This document shows positions 9,767-17,989 of a DNA stretch of 64,000 nt, in pieces. The notes under the pieces were generated by a model, which saw only the letters and a program-made list of their open reading frames with translations, searched no databases and was not told where the DNA came from. This stretch comes from an uncultured Verrucomicrobiae bacterium (lineage in GTDB: Bacteria > Chlamydiota > Chlamydiia > Chlamydiales > Rhabdochlamydiaceae): contig CAWDYW010000003.1 of assembly GCA_963806855.1 (NCBI GenBank), forward strand, positions 448,001-512,000. Reading direction: 5' to 3'. Numbering within the stretch: position 1 is the stretch's first letter; each line of letters begins with the position of its first letter. Position numbers and translations under genes: made by a program.

Positions 9767-10849
9767 ATGCTCATTAAAAAATCAGTACAAATCTTTGCAG
9801 CAACTATCCTTAGCGCACTGATACTTGGATCACAGGCAAATGCATCTTCTCTTCCGGGAGTGGTTCTGCACGAGCATCTCGAAGCCACCGCTACCGTTTC
9901 AATCCTCAAACAGCTCGCTAGCGATAATGGCGTTCCGCTTCCTGACAGCACCTTTGCCTTTCAGCAAGACTATGACTTTAAAAGTCTTGCAGACTTTTTA
10001 AATGCCTATTACGCCGTGACATCAGTTATTCAAAAAGCCGAAGATTACTACACCCTAACAAGAGCTTATTTAGAAAAGTTTAAAGCCTCAGAGGGAATCT
10101 ACAGCGAATTCATGGTTTGCCCTTTTTGCTCAACAAGTGCCGGTATTGACTGGAAAGAAATGATAGCTAATGTGCAAAAAGCGATGGCTGAAGTGGAGGA
10201 GCCAGGTCGGTTTTATTCACGAATCCTCATCAACTTTGTTCGCGGTCTTGACACGCCTGAGAAGGCAGCAGAGTATGTGAATTGGGCCATCGAGCAGCGC
10301 GCAAGCGGCGATCTAAGCATTGTCGGCATCCATCTTTCGGGTGATGAAACGGCCTATCCCGATGTGACTCCCTTCATCCCTGTATATCAACTTGCCGCAC
10401 AAGGCGGCCTCGGACTTGCAGCTCATGCCGGAGAAACAACAGATGCCCAAAACGTCATCGATGCTATCCAAAAACTGAACGTAAGTCGGATTGGCCATGG
10501 CATAGCTTCGGTAAACTCTCAAGAGGCTCTCAATTTGTTGATCGGCAAAAATATCACCCTGGAGGTCTGCCCAACAAGCAATATCTGCACGCACGCACAA
10601 AATGTTACTAGCTATGTCGCCCATCCCCTTGGTGCTCTTGTAACGGCAGGTGTGAGCATCACTCTGAACCCAGATGACTCGATCTTTTTCCGCGAAACCA
10701 CACAGCATCGAGAAATGGAACACGTAGCAAATAATTTTGGATATGACGACGACCTGCTGCGCACTTTTATTGTAGACGCCATTTCCGCAAGCTTTGCTCC
10801 GGCTGACATAAAACTTCAGCTTCTTGCGATTTTAAACCTATCCCATTGA
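9767..10849 (+). CDS. Adenosine/adenine deaminase-family protein with predicted signal peptide
   Basis: HEHLE, HAGE, RIGHG, EVCPTSN and NPDD motifs; RBS GGAG before ATG 9767; N-terminus MLIKK-hydrophobic-ANA. Confidence 0.85.
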   Translation: MLIKKSVQIFAATILSALILGSQANASSLPGVVLHEHLEATATVSILKQLASDNGVPLPDSTFAFQQDYDFKSLADFLNAYYAVTSVIQKAEDYYTLTRAYLEKFKASEGIYSEFMVCPFCSTSAGIDWKEMIANVQKAMAEVEEPGRFYSRILINFVRGLDTPEKAAEYVNWAIEQRASGDLSIVGIHLSGDETAYPDVTPFIPVYQLAAQGGLGLAAHAGETTDAQNVIDAIQKLNVSRIGHGIASVNSQEALNLLIGKNITLEVCPTSNICTHAQNVTSYVAHPLGALVTAGVSITLNPDDSIFFRETTQHREMEHVANNFGYDDDLLRTFIVDAISASFAPADIKLQLLAILNLSH

Positions 10850-10929
10850 TATAGGAAAAACAGGCGAGTTTGAGCCATCTTCCTAAAGTGGATATTATAA
10901 AGCATTATTTAGAGATCGTAAAGAAACAG

Positions 10930-12759
10930 CTAGGAAAGTGACAATTGCAGCATGAAGGCTTTGTCTTTTTTCAGTTGTTCACTCGCATATTGGATGGAGT
11001 TGCTATTTTGTCGTACAGCTGCCAGGACGATCTCTTTGACGTTTTGCAGCTCAACACTTGCAAAAAGTAAGGCGCAGCCACATTGCTCTACTGCAGCCAG
11101 AACGACCTCTTTATCATTCTGAAGTTCTTTGCTGGCATACTCGAGGGCGCTGCCGTCTTGTCGTACGGCTGCAAGCACGATCTTTTCGTTGCCCTGAAGT
11201 TCTTTGCTAGCGGATGCGAGCGCGCAGCCCTTTTGTTGTACTGCTGCAAGGAGGATCGTTTTGTCATTCTGAAGTTTTGCGCCGGCATAGGCGAGGGCAG
11301 AGCCATCTTGCAGGACGGCTTCTAGAACTAATTCAGGGTCGTTCTGAAGTTTTTTGCTAGCAAAGGAAAGGGATAAACCATTTTGCAGGACAGCTGCAAG
11401 CACAATGGCTTTGTCGCTTTTGAGTTTTTTGCTGGCAAAGGAAAGGGCCAAACCATTTTGCAGGACAGCTGCAAGCACAATGGCTTTGTCGCTTTTGAGT
11501 TTTTTGCTGGCAAAGGAAAGGGCCAAACCATTTTGCAGGACAGCAGTAAGTGCGATCTCTTTGTCATTCTTCAGCTTTTTACTCGCATACTTGAGCGCGG
11601 TACTATCTTGTTGCGCAGCTGCCAACACAATGTCTTTGTCGTCCTTCAGTTCTTTGCTGGCATACTCGAGCGATTTGCCATCTTGCCGCACAGCTGCCAG
11701 TACGATCTCGCGGTCATTCTTCAGCTCTTTGCTTGTTGACCAGAGGATTGGACCATATCGTTGCACAGCAGCCAGCACGATTTCTTTGTCATTTTTTAGT
11801 GCTCCACTTGCATATTCGAGAGCCCATCCATTCTTTTGCACAGCAGCCAGCACAACCTCTTTGTCATTCTTAAGCTCTCTGCTAGCAGCTTTTAATTCTC
11901 CGCGTCGCGCAGCTGTCAGTACGAATGCTTTGTCATTCCGCAGTTTTCTAGACGCATGTCGGAGCGCACTGGCATCTTTCTGTACGGCGGCCAGCACAAC
12001 CTCTTTATCATTTTTTAGCTGTTTGCTTGAATGGTGTAAGGCAAAACCGTTGTGTCGGACGGCTGTCAGCACAACCTCTTTGTCATTCTTTAATTCTTCA
12101 CTTGCATACTCAAGCGATAGGCAATGTTGGGACAATGCAGCCAATACGACCTTTTTGTCGTTCTTTAGTTCTTCGCTCGCAAATTCGAGGGCCCGGCCAT
12201 TTTGTTGCACGGCAGCCAGCACGACCTCTTTGTCGTTCTTTAGTTCTTCGCTCGCAAATTCGAGGGCCCAGCCATTTTGTTGCACGGCAGCCAGTACGAC
12301 CTCTTTGTCATTTTGCAGTTTTTTGCTTGTTAACCGGAGGATTCGACCATATCGTTGCACAGCAGCCAGCACGATCTCTTTGTCATTTTTTAGTGCTTCA
12401 CTTGCATATTCGAGAGCCCATCCATTCTTTTGCACAGCAGCCAGAATGATTTTTTTGTCATTTTTTAGCTCTTTGCTTGCATGCTCTAACGCAAAAACAT
12501 CTTGCTGGATCGCAGTCAGGACGAACTGTTTGTCGTTTTGTAGCTCTTCACTCGCATACTGGACAATGGGAGCAACTTGTCTTGATTCCTCTGGATGCCA
12601 AATGATACACTCTTCATCATTTTGAACTTCGAGGGTCACTCTTTTTTTTGCCCAGCGCATCGCCTCCGGGGCATCAGCAAATTCTGCAACATGTTCTATC
12701 ATTTCATGACGATAGTTCCCAAGATAAGCAATCCAACGAATGTCATATTTTTTCTTCAT
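10930..12759 (-). CDS. DUF4116-type 25-aa repeat protein
   Basis: More than 20 repeats of LxNDKEVVLAAVxQNGxALEYASxx; start at ATG 12759 is uncertain. Confidence 0.85.
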   Translation of the reverse strand: MKKKYDIRWIAYLGNYRHEMIEHVAEFADAPEAMRWAKKRVTLEVQNDEECIIWHPEESRQVAPIVQYASEELQNDKQFVLTAIQQDVFALEHASKELKNDKKIILAAVQKNGWALEYASEALKNDKEIVLAAVQRYGRILRLTSKKLQNDKEVVLAAVQQNGWALEFASEELKNDKEVVLAAVQQNGRALEFASEELKNDKKVVLAALSQHCLSLEYASEELKNDKEVVLTAVRHNGFALHHSSKQLKNDKEVVLAAVQKDASALRHASRKLRNDKAFVLTAARRGELKAASRELKNDKEVVLAAVQKNGWALEYASGALKNDKEIVLAAVQRYGPILWSTSKELKNDREIVLAAVRQDGKSLEYASKELKDDKDIVLAAAQQDSTALKYASKKLKNDKEIALTAVLQNGLALSFASKKLKSDKAIVLAAVLQNGLALSFASKKLKSDKAIVLAAVLQNGLSLSFASKKLQNDPELVLEAVLQDGSALAYAGAKLQNDKTILLAAVQQKGCALASASKELQGNEKIVLAAVRQDGSALEYASKELQNDKEVVLAAVEQCGCALLFASVELQNVKEIVLAAVRQNSNSIQYASEQLKKDKAFMLQLSLS

Positions 12760-12932
12760 AAAGGCGGTCGGCAAGGTTGTGCTTGCAGAAGTATACTGAA
12801 TTAAATTGATTTTGACCGCAATGACAAAATTTACTCGAGATCCCCTCAATAGCTCGCTAGGAAAATATCATTTTAAAAAAAGTAGAATATCAAGTAGAAT
12901 CACTTTGTATAAAGTCACGGTTAAGGAGAATA

Positions 12933-13307
12933 ATGAAAGATCTCGAAGAACTAAAAAAAGAATTCCCCGAACTCTATAGAGAACTCTGGGGATTTGAATG
13001 CCACGCAGGCTGGTATGATCTTCTTAGAGATCTTTCATTGCAAATTCAGGAGCACTTAAAAATAGCACCTCATCATGCAGGCGGAAAATTTCCTATTTAC
13101 GCCGACGAGGTTAAGGAAAAATGGGGGACTTTGCGCTTTTATATCGGCTTAGGTTGCGATGAAGTGCGTGAAATGATTGCCAAAGCAGAAAAACTTTCAG
13201 CAAAAACTTGCGAAACTTGCGGAAAAGAGGGGAGTTTACGCAGTAGAAATGGTTATTTGTGCACCAGATGCGAATCCTGTTGGAAAGAAGAAATGGACGC
13301 GCCCTGA
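12933..13307 (+). CDS. Hypothetical protein (GW...KEKWGTLRFY...CETCG family, Zn-ribbon C-terminus)
   Basis: Strong RBS AAGGAG; CxxC pairs; motif resembles a family of phage-associated hypothetical proteins. Confidence 0.7.
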   Translation: MKDLEELKKEFPELYRELWGFECHAGWYDLLRDLSLQIQEHLKIAPHHAGGKFPIYADEVKEKWGTLRFYIGLGCDEVREMIAKAEKLSAKTCETCGKEGSLRSRNGYLCTRCESCWKEEMDAP

Positions 13308-13399
13308 AAAAGGGGATTCGGAACTTTGAAAGAAGCGGGCTCTATAATGACAAATTGTTTTAGAATTTTTGATAGCCCGGGCTATAGTGCTGAGGAGCT

Positions 13400-13552
13400 T
13401 CAACGCGATTTAGAATCGCCCCCCCCTAATCGAAGAGCAAAAGGGCCAGCCGCAAGGACGATCTCTCGATCATTCTTGTGTTCTTTGCTTGCAAACTGAA
13501 GTCTTGATCCATTCTTTTTCATGTCATCAAGGATCTTATTTCTATCACTCAT
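13400..13552 (-). pseudogene. Remnant of a DUF4116-repeat gene
   Basis: Translates as MSDRNKILDDMKKNGSRLQFASKEHKNDREIVLAAG..., one repeat matching 10930-12759, then degenerates at a G8 tract. Confidence 0.6.
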
Positions 13553-13629
13553 ACATTTTTCAATTTGTTCTAATTTTGGCCCTCAAAATGGAAATCGAAA
13601 AACATCTTAAAGCGGGGTATAACTTTTCG

Positions 13630-13989
13630 TCAGCCATGGGGACGGAGCTCCCCGATTAAAGTGGTTAAGGCTTTTTCGGTTTTTCTTGCTAAGTCTTGGA
13701 TGGCAATCCATCTGGGGTCTTTAAAATCCATATAGTAAATTTCATCAAAGTCGTTGATTTTTTCATAGAGCTCTTGGAGAAATTTGCAAGCTGGGTGCTC
13801 TGCATAGGCTTTAAATGTCTGCATCTCAAGCATACGTCCGCAGCAGGTTATAAACTGGCCTAGGGTCAATTCCAAATATGGGTTATCGGCGGCATTCGGG
13901 TCCGCGATCCATTTGATATAGACAACCCGCATACTATTACACCAGTTGATAAAGGATTCTACTGTATCCGAATGAAATTTTTTTTCCAT
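13630..13989 (-). CDS. Hypothetical protein
   Basis: 119-aa ORF with RBS-like AGGA; ends DPRWIAIQDLARK. Confidence 0.55.
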   Translation of the reverse strand: MEKKFHSDTVESFINWCNSMRVVYIKWIADPNAADNPYLELTLGQFITCCGRMLEMQTFKAYAEHPACKFLQELYEKINDFDEIYYMDFKDPRWIAIQDLARKTEKALTTLIGELRPHG

Positions 13990-14112
13990 TTTTTATTTCC
14001 TAAAAATATCATATTACATTCCAAGGCTGAATAACTCAACGACTTTGCAGGCTGCTAGGCTCCTATAGCATAGAATCCTGCGCGTTTTAGGATGTCTACT
14101 TTTTTATCCATT

Positions 14113-15528
14113 TTAATCTCCTTTCGCATCCACAATTCCTTCTGGAAGTGGCTTAATCGAGTTCAGGGGCTTGTCAACAGCCATCCTGACGATGAGGGGT
14201 TGGAAAGTTCCGATCACATCTACAAGATCGCGTTGAGCTTCAATCACTTTTTGAATGGGTTTATAGGCTTGTGGAGCCTCGTCGAGACCTCCTCCGATTA
14301 AGGTGATGCCGCGCTCGGCTAAATATTCCGCTTGCTGCTGGGGTGTAATTGTTTGCAGTGCATTTGATCGGCTCATTTGACGTCCCGACCCATGAGATGC
14401 GGAATTCAGCGATTCAGCATTCCCTTTGCCGACTACTACAAAACCCTTGTCGGCCATCGTCCCAGGAATGATTCCGAGAACACCTTTCCCTGCAGGAGTA
14501 GCGCCCTTGCGGTGCACAATGGCTTCTTTTGTGACTCCATTGACTATAATGTCCTCGCGCCAAGCGAAATTGTGGTGGTTTTCAATCGCTGCGATGGATT
14601 TTAGTCCGGCTGCTTTTGCGATACGGGCATGGATAACATGGTGGTTAGCAGATGCAAACTGGCCCGCTAATTCCATGGCCTCCCAGTATTCTTGGCCCTC
14701 TTCTCTGTCCAGAAGAAGCCATGCCAAATGCTTTACTGACTCATCGAGTTCTGACATGAGTTCTATTGCGAGTTTTGTGTAATAATCTGCGATTTTATAG
14801 CCGACACCTCGGGAACCACTGTGAGATAATAAAGCCAAATAGTTCCCCGGTTGCAACTTGAGGGGATTAAGGGGATCAATGACTTCCAATTCGCCCCACT
14901 CGACAAAGTGGTTTCCAGTGCCGCTTGTGCCTATTTGGCGGATTGCTGTCAGACGCAAATCGCGAATAAGCTTGGTGCTTTGCCAGTGGGAATTTTCCAG
15001 TATAGGATGCTCGATTTTCCCCTCATGTACTCCATCGGCACCTGCTCCAAATATAGTATTATCAACCAAAGTCCGCTGCAAATGGGCAAACTCAGGCGAG
15101 CTTGTTTGTCGCAGTACATGTGAGGAGGTAGGATAGACGGTCATCATCATGCGGCAAGCGATATCGACGCCGACTGCATAGGGAACCACCGCATTTTCGG
15201 TCGCCAGGACCCCTCCAATGGGCAACCCATAGCCTTTGTGTGCATCGGGCATTAAAGATCCAGCTATTGCTATGGGCAGACGGGCTGCGCTTTCCATCTG
15301 ATCGATCGCCCCCTTATCGATATACTCTGATCCCCAGATATTGTAGGGGACAGGGGTGTCTCGCAAGCCCAAGGTGCTCTGCAGCTGAGCCTTATTCTCT
15401 TGTATTTTCAGTACAAAATTAACACCTTGCTCAGGGGCGACTTTTTTATATAATCGCCAGGCCTCATCGCGCTCTTTGTGAGTGAGTCTGATTTTCCCAA
15501 TCATTTGTTGAAATTCTTGAGCATTCAT
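14113..15528 (-). CDS. rtcB: RtcB RNA ligase
   Basis: MPDAHKGYGLPIGGV, VGVDIAC, GTGNHFVE, HSGSRG, NHHN, HRKGATPA, SASHGSGR and DEAPQAYK motifs; ATG 15528 overlaps the HTH stop (ATGA). Confidence 0.95.
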   Translation of the reverse strand: MNAQEFQQMIGKIRLTHKERDEAWRLYKKVAPEQGVNFVLKIQENKAQLQSTLGLRDTPVPYNIWGSEYIDKGAIDQMESAARLPIAIAGSLMPDAHKGYGLPIGGVLATENAVVPYAVGVDIACRMMMTVYPTSSHVLRQTSSPEFAHLQRTLVDNTIFGAGADGVHEGKIEHPILENSHWQSTKLIRDLRLTAIRQIGTSGTGNHFVEWGELEVIDPLNPLKLQPGNYLALLSHSGSRGVGYKIADYYTKLAIELMSELDESVKHLAWLLLDREEGQEYWEAMELAGQFASANHHVIHARIAKAAGLKSIAAIENHHNFAWREDIIVNGVTKEAIVHRKGATPAGKGVLGIIPGTMADKGFVVVGKGNAESLNSASHGSGRQMSRSNALQTITPQQQAEYLAERGITLIGGGLDEAPQAYKPIQKVIEAQRDLVDVIGTFQPLIVRMAVDKPLNSIKPLPEGIVDAKGD

Positions 15529-15716
15529 TTTTTTTCCTTTTTCAACAGCAATAGAAGTTCCAAGGCAACCGATGCCGGTCCTGGAATAGCCGTATTGCCT
15601 GAGATCCAACGGCGAACTGTGCATCCATTGACTCGAAGTGCTTTGGCTAGTTTCGTCTGCCAACCCCACACGCCGAACAATTCTTCGCCGATCTTTCTCA
15701 GCTCATCTGGTGTCAT
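15525..15716 (-). CDS. Small helix-turn-helix DNA-binding protein
   Basis: QTKLAKALRVNGCTVRRWISG is a Cro/Xre-like HTH; ATGA-coupled to both neighbours. Confidence 0.8.
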   Translation of the reverse strand: MTPDELRKIGEELFGVWGWQTKLAKALRVNGCTVRRWISGNTAIPGPASVALELLLLLKKEKK

Positions 15717-17314
15717 TCTGCAATAAAGTCCATCGCCAATTGGGGCGCAGAGGCATCGAACCCGGCAACACCAAAAGAAAGGGGATCGGTAGGATCACAG
15801 ATTGTGCCGCTATTGGCCGCCATGGCCATGACCACAAGTTTCGCTTGGGGATTAATGAGATCTCGATATTTTTGTAAGGCTTGGACGGGATGCATTTTCC
15901 CAGCCCATGTTTCGTTATCGGTCAGAATAATAAAAGCATCTATTTCCAAATTGCGACTCAATGCATAGGTCACTGGAATTGCAAGATCGGTACCCCCTCC
16001 AAAGCGCGTAACATTCCTGATTACATCATCTAGCCGCTGTCCTGGGGTGATCAACAGATTTTGTTCCTCTGTATCAAATGCCATGACATGGGCATTTTTT
16101 TCAGAACGGACTAGAAATAGGCCGATTGCAGCAGCGGCCTCCACAACACTTAGAATCGCAGAACCAGCACATGCTGTTCCCTGCATTGATCCCGACACGT
16201 CAATGCCGACCAAAATACGTTTATTCGTAGGAGTGACCAATGAAAAAGCTGTTTCAAATGCAGCATCAAGAGCTTCAACAATTGGCGCCACAGGACCCCA
16301 AACGAGAGAGCCCAACTCACCCCGTCCCTTAGCATAGACACGTGAAGCGAGGAGGAGATGAAAGGGATTGATTTTGGCATTGATCAATTCCTCGCGATCG
16401 CGCAGGCGGGTGGCAACATAATCTGCTGCAGGTGCAAAAGGTTGGAGCAATCCCACCTGACTCATCTTAGCAAGATTGCGGATCATGGCCATCATGGGCA
16501 TGTCGACAAGAAGAGCATTCCATACTTCCACATAGTTAAGGGCCTGGGTGGGCAATGCCTCACGTGGCAAAGAATATTTCTGCACCACTGCTGCGAGCTC
16601 TTGGGGCGAGGCTGCGGTCTTGGCTTGGTAGCTCCCTTCAATTAGCCTCAGTCTTCGTGCTTTTTGGATCGCTTCTGGGTCATCGGGTTTGACTATCCAG
16701 TTAAACAGAGCTCGACGATCCTCATCCTGGTCGCATTTAGGGTGTGAGAGTCGAAGTAGGTCGCGCAAAGACCACCCTTCTCGCTGGTAGTATTTCACAG
16801 CTTGAAGTGAGAGTTGCTCTACAGGCATTTGAATGAACCAATTGCCCACAGCTCTACGCAAAGCTCTTCCCCAGCCGCGCAGGTTGCTCACGTAATCGAC
16901 AAAATGCAAGAGATGAGTACCCGTCCGGGCGACCTTAGGAAGAGCAGCCAAAGCTGCTTGACGGGTGCTCACTTCGCTACAGGAGGCAGCCAGTGCTAGT
17001 GCAAATAGCGCCGCATCGTTTTTCGGCGCACGTCCGGAGGCGCTGATCTCTACAATCCGCTCGACGACTTTGGGCCCATCAGTTACTAACATGCGTTGAA
17101 TGACCGAAGTATTCTGCTTCGTTAATTTGACAGGTTTGACATAATAGGTACCAGCTTCCGTACCTAGAATTAGAAAGCGATCCAACAATGCCCAGTCATC
17201 AATCTTGTAAAAATAGCCACCAGCATTATTTGCTATTTGTCCAGGTAAGGGGTTGGTCTGAGCCGTTGCTACTTGGTGAGAAAAGAGCGTTTGAATGATT
17301 TTCTTGTAACTCAT
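15713..17314 (-). CDS. rsr: Ro60/TROVE-domain RNA-binding protein with vWA domain
   Basis: NNAGG, LDRFLILGTE, RTGTHL, GWGRALRR, KYYQREGWS, DVSGSM, GGTD and TDNETW motifs; RBS AAGGA before ATG 17314. Confidence 0.95.
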   Translation of the reverse strand: MSYKKIIQTLFSHQVATAQTNPLPGQIANNAGGYFYKIDDWALLDRFLILGTEAGTYYVKPVKLTKQNTSVIQRMLVTDGPKVVERIVEISASGRAPKNDAALFALALAASCSEVSTRQAALAALPKVARTGTHLLHFVDYVSNLRGWGRALRRAVGNWFIQMPVEQLSLQAVKYYQREGWSLRDLLRLSHPKCDQDEDRRALFNWIVKPDDPEAIQKARRLRLIEGSYQAKTAASPQELAAVVQKYSLPREALPTQALNYVEVWNALLVDMPMMAMIRNLAKMSQVGLLQPFAPAADYVATRLRDREELINAKINPFHLLLASRVYAKGRGELGSLVWGPVAPIVEALDAAFETAFSLVTPTNKRILVGIDVSGSMQGTACAGSAILSVVEAAAAIGLFLVRSEKNAHVMAFDTEEQNLLITPGQRLDDVIRNVTRFGGGTDLAIPVTYALSRNLEIDAFIILTDNETWAGKMHPVQALQKYRDLINPQAKLVVMAMAANSGTICDPTDPLSFGVAGFDASAPQLAMDFIAE

Positions 17315-17330
17315 AAATTCCTTAAAAAAA

Positions 17331-17412
17331 GCTGGGCGTATTGAATACCGATGGTTGCCGTGCGCTACAAAGTAGCTTTCACGTACCGATAAACCATCTG
17401 TTTCGGCCCAGC
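17331..17412 (-). ncRNA. Candidate Y-RNA-like hairpin B (82 nt)
   Basis: GCUGGGC/GCCCAGC terminal stem, CCGAA motif, GAUGGUU/AACCAUC stem, followed by U7; immediately upstream of ro60. Confidence 0.65.
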
Positions 17413-17422
17413 AAAAAACAGT

Positions 17423-17480
17423 ATTGGGCATATTTGTGCATCTTGAGATATTTGCGGTAATCAAGACACTTCGGCCCAAT
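17423..17480 (-). ncRNA. Candidate Y-RNA-like hairpin A (58 nt)
   Basis: AUUGGGC/GCCCAAU terminal stem, CCGAA motif, UCUUGA/UCAAGA stem, followed by ACUG-U6. Confidence 0.6.
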
Positions 17481-17487
17481 GAGCGAG

Positions 17488-17517
17488 AATATAGTGCAGA
17501 CTGCACTAATTTTGCAA
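17488..17517 (-). promoter_or_regulatory. Putative sigma66 promoter with palindromic operator TAGTGCAG-N-CTGCACTA (17492-17508)
   Basis: Minus strand TTGCAA-18 nt-TATATT; a perfect 8-bp inverted repeat fills the spacer. Confidence 0.6.
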
Positions 17518-17522
17518 GACAT

Positions 17523-17905
17523 TTATTTCAAAAAAATTGCTTTTGGCTTGTAGTCGTCTGGAATCGGTCTCCAGACCTTCACTCCAGCCTTTTCGGCCTG
17601 TTCGATCATATTTTGAGTTCCTTTCCCACCAGGGAAGGCCACGACCCCATATGGCATGGTCTCCTCAAGCATTTGCTTGTTTCGGATGTGCCCGGCTCCT
17701 AATCCTAACTGTGCCAGTCGGCAGGAAACGCCAGATATGGCACATTGTGGTCTTTTGCCCACATGCCTGCTATTCTGTCTGCACCGCGGGCGTCCCCATG
17801 GACCAATAAGCCTATGCCGACCTTGGCGTGGAGCCTGTTCAGCACATGGTAAATAATGTGTTGGTCGTGAAAGTCTCTGCCGCCACAAACAATGAATGTC
17901 TTCAT
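17523..17905 (-). pseudogene. DUF2493/YspA-like SLOG-family gene split by a 1-nt frameshift near 17708
   Basis: IVCGGRDF...VHGDARGAD...FPADW in one frame; GAGHIRNKQML...VVAFPGGKGTQNM in the next. Confidence 0.8.
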
Positions 17906-17929
17906 GTCCCCATTATACACAGGCCGCAT

Positions 17930-17964
17930 AAAAAAAAGACCGGATGTTGCCATCCGGTCTTTTT
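17930..17964. terminator. Intrinsic terminator (bidirectional) downstream of npt1
   Basis: A-tract AGACCGGATG-ttgc-CATCCGGTCT T-tract. Confidence 0.85.
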
Positions 17965-17989
17965 GCTTTTGTCGCTGTTAGTTTAAGTC

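Noticed and set aside
11378..11545. Regular repeats suggesting a CRISPR array
   Set aside because: These are coding 75-nt units with no unique spacers; there are no cas genes and no CRISPR array anywhere in the window
11354..12625. 423-aa + strand ORF
   Set aside because: Antisense shadow of the DUF4116 repeat gene
15529..15669. N-terminal extension of RtcB
   Set aside because: It overlaps the HTH gene; ATGA coupling supports 15528
17315..17506. N-terminal extension of the Ro60 ORF
   Set aside because: It overlaps the promoter and RNA hairpins; the RBS supports ATG 17314
12933..17905. Prophage
   Set aside because: A few phage-like small genes, but no integrase, structural or packaging genes
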